Below are positions 24,001 through 34,060 of a stretch of 64,000 nt of DNA, in pieces. A program made the translations under genes and the position numbers. Source of the stretch: Eledone cirrhosa (lineage: Eukaryota); NCBI GenBank assembly GCA_964016885.1, contig OZ024748.1, positions 15,190,001 to 15,254,000 of the forward strand, read 5' to 3'. The stretch's first letter is position 1. Each line of letters begins with the position of its first letter. The notes under the pieces are model-generated. The model saw only the letters and a program-made list of their open reading frames with translations, was not told the origin of the DNA and did no database searches.

Positions 24001-24504
24001 GAGCGGAGTCTATGCACAACCCCCAACTCACTTCACCTTCACATACATATCACACGAGGACAGGCTGAAGCATACATCTAGTGAAGTCTCCAGTCTGCTT
24101 GGTAAAGTGGTCATGAAGTCAACATGACAAAAAGCACCCAGCCCAAACTGTAAAGTGGTTGTGATGGCGACTCAGCAAGAAGCACCCAGCCCACAATATA
24201 AAGTGCTCATGTATACATACATACATACATATATATACATATCTTCTATACATATATACAAAAATACATAAACACGTGTAGATAGATATTAGACAATGAG
24301 CTACACTGACTACAACTAGATGCCAATGTACTTAAAAGGCATTTTTATAACTGGATTCATACAAAATCTGTAGGCCTTTGAATTACTCTAGTTCCTCGAT
24401 ATATATATATGTGTGTGTATGCATATTTGTGTGGGCATATATATATATATGTAATCATCATCATGAGAGGAGAGTATTATGGCTTGTTTGAAGCATTATT
24501 GAAT

Positions 24505-24716
24505 ATGAAAAGTGGGAGTCTTGAAAGCCACTACAATATAGATGTAAATATTGAAGTAACAAAATCGAGGACAGAGTAACCTAGAAACGTCCTCACCAAT
24601 ATACTCCAATCCTCTTCTTCCTTTTGCAACATCACCTCTCTCATTCCTCATGACAATATTTACAACCCCAGCAGCATAGCATTGTAGTGGCTGCCAATAC
24701 TTACCAACTTTTCATG
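24505..24716. mobile_element. MITE-like element with ~37-bp imperfect TIRs
   Basis: atgaaaagtgggagtcttgaaagccactacaat vs attgtagtggctgccaatacttaccaacttttcat. Confidence 0.5.
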
Positions 24717-25354
24717 TGTGTGAATATATATATATGTAGGCTCTGAAGATTCCTGCCATGGTGTATGGATGAAACACTGTTAGCTAATAAAACAATGTAT
24801 TTCTAAGCACTCTTTGGTTATTCCTATAACTATAACGGCTCTGTCGTATAGTAGTTATCCTACATTGAGCTAAAAGCACACTGTCATACCAAGGGCAATA
24901 TATCTACATGTCTAGCCATATTGATATATTTGTCAACGAAATATATATATATATATGTATGTATTTATATATATTTATGTAGCAATATCTGTTTCCTTGG
25001 TCTGATTTAACGAAAGTCAATCGACTGTCGATATATATATCTCAATAACACAACACAAAGGTTAAGTTTCACAAGTTCTTTAATTATGCATTAGTCATGA
25101 TAAGTATTTCTGTTGTGAAATGGCTACATCATGATAACATGATGCCAAATATGACACACTATCTTCAGATGGCAAATTAGGCACTGCAATGTAATATGGT
25201 GACAGACCTGAATTTGATGTTGTCATTCGATATGATACCATATCAAAATTGCTAGAATACACATGCTGTTGACTGCTGTTTCCTTATTACACCATCGTTT
25301 TCCTAATCACAGACCCTGCTGCCTATTAAGAAACACACAAACTCTCTCTCTGTA

Positions 25355-25392
<38 letters not shown>

Positions 25393-25394
<2 letters not shown>

Positions 25395-25436
25395 CCTTGT
25401 GCCATAATCTGGTGGGCTCTTAGAAAACTAGGAGTA
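25393..25436 (+). repeat. 44-bp exact copy of 23737-23780 inside a (TA)n tract
   Basis: taccttgtgccataatctggtgggctcttagaaaactaggagta is identical at both loci. Confidence 0.92.
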
Positions 25437-26204
25437 TATATAATGAAATAAATATGGTTTTATAAATATAGTTTCCATTTATTTAATATCGTAAATATAC
25501 TCCAAATACTTGTTGAGTGCTTTTATATCAGTTATAAATATTTACTCGTTGTTAACCCAACAATTTAAATAAAACTTTGCATATATATATATATATATAT
25601 ACATATACACACGTGTGTGTGTGTGTGTGTGTGTATGTGTAATCAGAAATATATACATTTATACATGTATATATACATGCATATATATATAATGTGAATG
25701 TATACATATGTTATGAATATATATATATATTATGAATATATATATATATTATGATCAAAAGAACTTATTTGTATTTGATAGTCCAAAGTAGATAGGGCGT
25801 GCCCAGAGGCACCCCCCCCACCCCATATGGCAGTAATGGGGAGGTGGTAGGGTGGATGATGTTAATTCATTGTGACAGAAGTTTGCTGTAGGTGAAGAAG
25901 GTAGGTGATTTACGAGAGATTTTCAAAGGAAAAAGGTAGTTCCACAGATAAATAAAGAGATAGAGTGTATTTGTGTATTGAAGAGAAATGCTGGGAGATG
26001 GAAGATTATGAAAGAATTTACAGAAACTAGGATGGTTTGAATGACAGCACAGTTGTGTCAACATATCTTTAACACACTCTTCAAGAAAGAAAAGGTGTGA
26101 TGGTCCCAAGATGAAATATACTGAGTTTCTATGTGTCTGTGCTGATATATATTATATACATAAATACATACATGTGTGCGTTTGCATATATGTATATGTG
26201 TGTG

Positions 26205-26327
26205 TAATAAAAGGCTGATAAATTTCAAAAAGCTAGGAAAATGCAGTGGAAAAATACAACTTCATTTGCTCTTCGTATTTTTCCATCGCATTGTACCGGC
26301 TTTTTGAAAATTATTGGTGTTTTATTA
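26205..26327. mobile_element. Short palindromic element (53-bp arms, 17-nt loop)
   Basis: taataaaaggctgataaatttcaaaaagc...ggaaaaatac / gtatttttcc...gctttttgaaaattattggtgttttatta; a single-arm relative lies at ~59525-59560. Confidence 0.7.
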
Positions 26328-26584
26328 AATATCCCACAACACTTTGTATTAACTACACACACACATATATATATTTATATATATATTTATTTATTTATTT
26401 TCCTGCTCTATAAAACAACTGATATTGTTACATTGAGCTATTTCTCTTACTGGTAAGGTAATAAGGTAATAGGACATTACTGACCTTCCTGTTTATAGTT
26501 GTTTATACTATATACATAACTGTAAATAGTATTATATATATATATAGAGAGAGAGAGAGACTGAGAGAGAGAGAGAGAGAGATT

Positions 26585-26695
26585 TTAGCTTGATAGTGGA
26601 GTTTAGAACACTGTAAGAAATGGAAAAAAGATGAGTATTGACAACTCAGCTTTTTAGCCTGATAGTGGTGTTCTAAACCCCCACTATCAGGCTAA
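26585..26695. repeat. Compound inverted repeat with perfect 15-bp stem
   Basis: ttagcctgatagtgg (26654-26668) / ccactatcaggctaa (26681-26695); a longer arm at 26585-26611 also pairs with 26668-26695. Confidence 0.75.
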
Positions 26696-26915
26696 CACTT
26701 CTTTTGTGAAAAAATACACCAAAAGCTTCCATTTCTAATTTCAAACACGCTTGCTGTTTCAAAAACGTACTTACTTTATATATATATATTATACACAGTA
26801 AACATAGATACAATTCAATTCAAGCACACTATGTACTTTTTCTACATAGGAATGATGGAGTATATTTAGAATAAGAAAATGCGAAGTAGTTTCAGATGCT
26901 AAAGTTCTTTATTGA

Positions 26916-27094
26916 TAATTGTTTCTACTTTAGGCACAAGGCCAGCAATTACCCAGTGTATTACTGGTACTTTATTTTATCGACCCCATAAGGATGAAAG
27001 GCAAAGTCAACCTCGGCGGGATTTGAACTCAGATCGTAAAGGGACATAACTATGCTGGAAAGCATGGCGTCCGACCCTCTAGCGATACTGCCAA
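26916..27094 (-). mobile_element. SINE family B (short subfamily, young)
   Basis: Close to reverse complement of 63001-63188; CpGs retained. Confidence 0.88.
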
Positions 27095-27100
27095 ATGATA

Positions 27101-27308
27101 TGATACATATATCAATGACGACAGTGGCCACGCGATTCTGCCTAGCCAGTGAATGGGTGAAGGCTTCAAAAACATCAACTTTGTCCGTTCCCTTGTCATT
27201 TTAATTTGGATTGCCTCGAGAATATAACCTTATTATGTAAGAAGCTGTCTCATGAGATCATGGCACTGATTAGGCAGAATTGCATGGCCACTTTCATCAT
27301 ATGTATCA
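27101..27308. mobile_element. MITE-like element with ~40-45-bp imperfect TIRs
   Basis: atgacgacagtggccacgcgattctgcctagccagtg vs cactgattaggcagaattgcatggccactttcatcat; tgatacat/atgtatca at the extremes. Confidence 0.65.
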
Positions 27309-27546
27309 CAGCCTTATCAATAAAGGACTTTAACATCTGAAAATACACCACATTTTATTATTATTATTATTATTATAATATATATATATATAGTTCAAGG
27401 AATGGTAAGACAAACACAGAGATGCACATTCTCTGCTAACAGGAAAAGAAAAACAAAACCAACACAAAGGCTTATTATTTTCACACATAGGAAGAAGTAG
27501 ATCAGGGTTTGACATCTTGGACACGAGTCCTTCTTCAGGAAATGGA

Positions 27547-27613
<67 letters not shown>

Positions 27614-28433
27614 GAGTGAGAGAGAGAGAGAGAGAGTGAGAGAGAGAGAGTGAGAGAGAGATCAGAGTTTGGAGGGAAAACATTTTTTAAAAGGCTGGCA
27701 GGTAGTAGATGAGAAGTCTAGGTGGGTCCTCCTGCTCATACATTTCATAAGTGGCAGGATTTCTACAGCTAGATGCTCTTCCTAATGCCTGCCAATTTAC
27801 AGATTGTACTGGGTAGATTTTATGATGGTGCCAGTAATAGAGAGTTTGCCCTATGCTTAAACAGGCGGAAAATTCCTCTCTACCATATGCATTTAGTGTA
27901 TGTATGTATGTGGGTGTGTGTGTGCATATATATACACATACATACACACACACACATTATATATAGATATAAGATATATATATATATAAGAGAGAACTAC
28001 ACAAGCATATTAGATATTTAACAGGAAATATGGTACCACCAATATTTTTTATAATACAAAGTAGTTCCACCACAAACAAGATATTAAACTACCATAGCAC
28101 AAAGGACAGAGCTGCTCTATATAATTATGGACAGTAAACTAGTGAATGTGATATGATGGTGGTTGTGCTGTTGGTGGCGGCAGTGGTTATGGAGATGGAG
28201 AGACAGTGGAGATGGTGGTGGTGATTGAGGAGGTGGTGTAAATTATTAACTTGTTGACAAACAATGGATGCAATGAAACATTTATATGAGTAAGAAAGGA
28301 GGAAGGTGAGAGAGATACATAGTGTAGGAGCCAGAGATAGATAAAGATCAACACACAGAAATCGAGAGGGGTTCAGAAAAGGCTAGAAATATCAACAGAG
28401 AGAGAGACAGTGATGCGTTTACATTATATATAT

Positions 28434-28763
28434 ACATGGCTTAGTGGTTAAAGCATTGGCCTTGCAATCGAAAGGTTGTGAGTTCAATTCTCAGACCGGG
28501 TGATGTGTTGTTTCCTTGAGCAAGACACTTTATTTCACATTGCTCCAGTTTACTCAGCTGTAGAAATGAGATGATAGGGACTGGGGTCCCTATAATTCCA
28601 CTGCAAAGTGGTCGTGGAGGTACCACGGCAAAAAAGCACCCAGCACTCACTGTAAATGAGGTTGGTGTTAGGAAGTGCATCCAGCTGTAGAAATCAAGCC
28701 AGAATCAGTTCCCGTCCCACCCTTGTAAGCAGGGATAAGCGGACGTAAAATGATGATGATGAT
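28434..28763 (+). mobile_element. SINE family A
   Basis: Nearly identical to 18108-18438; flanked by (TA)n. Confidence 0.92.
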
Positions 28764-29498
28764 ATATATATATATATATATACAGAGAGAGAAAGAGAAA
28801 GTGACAGACAGACAGACAGATATATAGACATGAATGATCTTTCAGTTTCATGTATAAATCAGTAAAATATCTCTTTCCAAATGCAACATCAAATATTATT
28901 TGTTCACCAGTTGTGAACGTCTGTATATATATTTTTTATTATCATTTTTCACATATATAGAAGGCACTGTTCTTCTTTATAATTCAGCAGTTATATATGG
29001 ACCTACAATACAATTGAGGTAACTATTTTTTCATCTGTGACATGACAATACAGTTAATTTTTATAATAGACATAGTAAACCTTGAGAAATATAATATTAA
29101 CATAACAGTGTCTACTCTCTTATTCTTCCTTGATTTTGTGTTCTGTTTTTGTTGGTTTGTTTTTTTTAAAGAAATTATTATTTTCCTGTCAGGAAATTGA
29201 ATAGTTAAGATGAAATAACTAATGTGACAGAAAATATATATATTTATTCTTTTATTATTTGACTGTTTTGAGTTACTGGACTGCTGCCATACTGGGGCAA
29301 CACCTAAAAGGGATTTAATCAATCATATCAACCTCAATCTTTTTTTTCTTTTTTCAAGTCTGGTAGGTATTTATTTTCATAATCTCTTTGATGAACGAAC
29401 CACCAAGTTATGAGAGATAAAAACAAACATGAACACACACACGTGTATACACACACACAATGGCAGTACCCCAGCATCGCCTCAGCCTGTTGACTAGA

Positions 29499-29548
<50 letters not shown>

Positions 29549-29919
29549 CCAACAACAGGACAGCTCATCTAACCCATGCTAGCATGGAAAAATGGACATA
29601 AAACAGTTGAACACAATTATTATTGTTATTATATATATATATTGTTTTTTTCATTTTATGTGCATTGTTCTACGCATGGGTTATATACATATATATATAC
29701 ATAGACATATACAATAGATTTATGCAGTTTCTGATAACGAAATGTCCTTCAATGATCAACCCAAGGCTATAGTACAGGTGTAGAAGACATTTGCCCAAAG
29801 TCCCTACCGAATAGTAGTAGTGTTAAACTTGAAACCAACCATGTGGTTTCAAAGCAAACTTGTTAACCATACAACCATACCTGAGCCTACATCGCTGACA
29901 TCATCTGATCACATTATTA

Positions 29920-30018
29920 TATTGACTTTGCCTTTCATCCTTAAGGGGTCAATAAAATAAAGTACCAGTAATACACTGGTATAATTGCTGGCCTTGTGCC
30001 AAATATAGAAACAATTAT
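29920..30018 (+). mobile_element. SINE family B 3' half (short subfamily)
   Basis: gactttgcctttcatccttaaggggtcaataaaataaagtaccagtaatacactggtataattgctggccttgtgccaaatatagaaacaattatt. Confidence 0.8.
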
Positions 30019-30079
30019 TATATTGAGTTCAACTGAACTCTTCATGTCATTACACAACTAGAGATAGAGAAAGAGATGC

Positions 30080-30115
<36 letters not shown>

Positions 30116-30999
30116 ACACACACAGTGAGAGGGGCAGAGAGAAAGAGGACAGAGAGGGAGAAAGAGCGATATACAAATATATAGTCAGAGGGGGTGAAAT
30201 ATATAGACAGAGGGAACAAAGTATAATTTTATGTGTGAGAAATAGGTGTAAGATATTTATAGGAATATTTCATTAGCAACTGAATGACTAACCAATTGAT
30301 ACTAAAGATCATTGAGGGAACCATTTAAAACAGTTGGCTGGAGACAAGTTCAATCAGAATCATCATCATTTTCATCATCATTATTATCTAATGATTATCC
30401 ATATGTCAACCATATATAAGTGCTAATGAAAATCTAACATCGTTTATTTATATATATATATATATATGAATATATACATAATATACAGATGTACATAGAA
30501 ATGATGTGCTGTCTGTGTGTGAATGGTAACTAATACATTGAAGCAAAGATATGAATCCATATGCTTAAACATGTAATTATTTCTAGAGAGATCTGTTACA
30601 TACTCGTTTATGCTTCAATCATCATCATCGTCATCGTCATCACGACCACAACCATTTCAAGTCCAATTGCCATGCTAGCATGGGTTACACCAGTCCCATT
30701 GTGAGACAAGCCAGATCAGATAACCTTGTCTTGCTCATAATACTTCCTGGCTTGGTTTCTATTGCTGGGTACCCTTCTTAATGCCAACCACATTTACCTG
30801 AGATTATCTTGTCTTTGACACTACTAAGGGTTCTTTATTTGGCAAGCTTTCTTTAAGTAGATGACTTTCCTATCACCAACCACTTTACAGTATGTAATGA
30901 ATGCATTTATCATGTATGAACTATATTCACTTGATAACAATCTCTTGTGTTAATACCTCTTGATGTTTATCCCATATTCTGTCCTGTTAAATAAGACAT

Positions 31000-31145
31000 T
31001 TCAGTACTTTATTTATCAACCCCAAATGGATGAAAAGCTAAGTTGACTCTGCTGAATTTGAACTAAGAATATATATACATACATACATGTGTATACTACA
31101 AAACATTCTATCCAACATTCTAACAACTCTACCAATTTGTGGCCT
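31000..31145 (-). mobile_element. SINE family B, decayed
   Basis: gtactttatttatcaaccccaaatggatgaaaagctaagttgactctgctgaatttgaact. Confidence 0.6.
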
Positions 31146-31696
31146 CTAAGTAATAGATATTTCTCGACAACATTTACCATTTTCAACTATTTCAGCACAT
31201 ATATTCATCTTCATACATTTATGTATATTAAATATCTAGAAATCTGTATTTACATCATATAGGACTTAACATCGAATGTTATGAATATAATTACATTAAA
31301 ATATACATATTGCCTAAGATATTATTTTTTCCATATCTATATTCCTGAGATTGCCAGAATAATTTAAGACATATCAACTGTACTAAAATAGATTTTCATA
31401 TTTCTCTTTAATACACTCAATATTAGATTTTATTTACCGTAATTTCTGATTGTATTCTTTTGCATTGTTCTTTGTATTTCACTCTTTCTCTCTCACCCAC
31501 TTTCTTTCTTTGTTTCTCTCCATGTACACATGGGAGAAAGAGAGAGGTTGTGTTGCTGAAGATCTCAGAGAGTAAGATCTGGCATGAGTAAATCTGTTCC
31601 AAATATATACTCTGTAGGCCCTTATTTAAACCCAGTCAAAGCTATTATCTATCTATCTTTCACTATATACATATACACACACACACACACATAAAT

Positions 31697-31729
<33 letters not shown>

Positions 31730-31959
31730 CATAATACAAAGATTTATAAATGTAGATAACCACTTAGTTTTTACTAAACAATATTGCTTCTCATTGTAAC
31801 TGAAACATGCATAGAATAAAAAAAAAAGTTTTAAATCCCTAAAAGCCTTTGGGTTATATATATATATATATATATATATATAATGCTATATTATTTATTT
31901 ATGTTCATACATGGAACAAAATCACAACCTGAAGTTTTAAGGCCCAACTACTATATATA

Positions 31960-32296
31960 TCATCATCATCATTTCATTTTACGTCCGCTTTTCCCTGCTT
32001 GCAAGGGTGGGACGGGAACTGATTCTGGCTTGATTTCTACAGCTGGATGCCCTTCCTAACACCAACCTCATTTACAGTGAGTGATGGGTGCTTTTGTTGC
32101 CGTGGCACCTCCACGACCACTTTGCAGTGGAATGATAGGGACCCCAGTCCTATCATCTCATTTCTACAGCTGAGTAAACTGGAGCAATGTGAAATAAAGT
32201 GTCTTGCTCAAGGAAACACATCACCCGGTCTGAGAATTGAACTCACAACCTTTCGATTGCAAGCCCAATGCTCTAACCACTAAGCCATGTGCCTCC
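31960..32296 (-). mobile_element. SINE family A (unit 1 of tandem dimer)
   Basis: Reverse complement of 18102-18438. Confidence 0.92.
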
Positions 32297-32299
32297 ATT

Positions 32300-32643
32300 A
32301 TCATCATCATCATCATTTCATTTTACGCCCACTTTTCCCTGCTTGCAAGGGTGGGACGGGAACTGATTCTGGCTTGATTTCTACAGCTGGATGCCCTTCC
32401 TAACACCAACCTCATTTACAGTGAGTGATGGGTGCTTTTTTGCCGTGGCACCTCCACGACCACTTTATAGTGGAATGATAGGGGCCCAAGTCCCTATCAT
32501 CTCATTTCTACAGCTGAGTAAACTGGAGCAATCTGAAATAAAGAGTCTTGCTCAAGGAAACAACACATCACCCGGTCTGAGAATTGAACTCACACCCTTT
32601 CGATTGCAAGGCCAATGCTCTAACCACTAAGCCATGTGCCTCC
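32300..32643 (-). mobile_element. SINE family A (unit 2 of tandem dimer)
   Basis: Reverse complement of 18102-18438; followed by a 19-bp repeat of the head terminus. Confidence 0.92.
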
Positions 32644-33008
32644 ATCTAAGCCGTGTGCCTCCATATATATATTAGGGATTGTAACGTCCAGTTACTGTAG
32701 CTTCACTAGTGTGAGCAATTGATGCATAGTTTCCAGTAAGTATAGAGGTGTAATATTAAGACGAGTATAATAATAATAATAAAAAGGATGATTTTTTATG
32801 TCTTCATTATATTTATTGAGTAGTGATGCACAATTTGCTATTGATTAGCTCACATTTTGATCTGTATCAATCTAGCCCGACTCTGGAATCAAAAGCTCAT
32901 TGGACCTCTGACAGGGTAATGACAGACTATATAAATATATATTATATAGTGATTTCCAGAAGTTGACTGAGGAGATGGGGCTGTCTGCCTTTCCACTGTT
33001 TTTTTTCC

Positions 33009-33036
33009 ATTGTCTATGTCCTGTGCTCTCCCTATC

Positions 33037-33088
<52 letters not shown>

Positions 33089-33116
33089 GATAGGGAGAGC
33101 ACAAGACAAAGACAAT
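33009..33116. repeat. 108-bp near-perfect palindrome centred on (TA)n
   Basis: attgtctatgtcctgtgctctccctatcttga-(AT)n-tcaagatagggagagcacaagacaaagacaat, 2 mismatches. Confidence 0.92.
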
Positions 33117-33509
33117 ATATATATATATATATATATTTAACCTGAACATAACCAGAAAATTATTAAAAAAAGTGAAGAAAATAGATATACAAAAAATGTT
33201 ATTAAAATACAGAAAACTCCAACAGTGTTACATATCCTCTTAAGTATGTTTGATATTGTAAGTTGAATTCTAATTTGTAATTTCCTGTTCATGGTGGCAA
33301 ATTTTCTTTTCTCCATTTCTCAGAATAATTAAAACCTGCATATATCACGTCTTCTATTTAACTTCTGCTTGAATATAACAATGTCTTCCAATTGCTACCT
33401 TCATAAATCTAATTACTTGTTACAGTTAGTAAAACTTTTGCTTTCTCAGTTTTTATTTGAAATATATCATGTATTGATTCTTTTCTTTGATTTGATAAAC
33501 AGCAGCAAC

Positions 33510-34060
33510 AAGTGTTTTAAGGCTACTCTTCCCTGCTAAAGCAGGTGTTATTCTTGCCTACCATATGCCTTTCAATTTTGCCCTATCATGTGCATCCTCC
33601 GTCTCCAAAGCAATCTGGCTTTCATTTTTTCCTCCCTCATTTTTAGCCATGTATTACTTGCTCTTCCCTACCTCTACTTCATTCTGCATTAATTTCCATC
33701 ACTTTTCATATACAGTCACTTCCATCCTTCCTCAACACATGACCCAACCAACTCATTCCATTTCTCTTTACAACATTCATCACTGCCTCTATTCCTATCA
33801 CCTAGTCACTTCCATCCTTCCTTGATACATCACCCAGTGATTTCATTCCATTTCGTTTCACAACATAAATCACTGGGATTATTCACATCATCTTCTGCAA
33901 TGCATTGTTTATCTTCTTCTTCTGAGGGATACTCTTCACATCCAGTCAACCATTCTCATTTCTATTATCTTCAGCCTTATTTGCTGCTCTACATTCATCA
34001 CCCATCTGTCACTCCCATAAATTATAACACATACAGTATAAACCTTTCCATTCAGTTTCA
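33510..34060 (-). mobile_element. Old decayed RTE-like LINE 3' region
   Basis: cttccctgctaaagcagg tail-like hairpin, and ccatccttcctcaacacatgacccaacca (reverse: W-(L)-G-H-V-L-R-K-D-G), as in the RTE RWxGHV motif. Confidence 0.45.
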
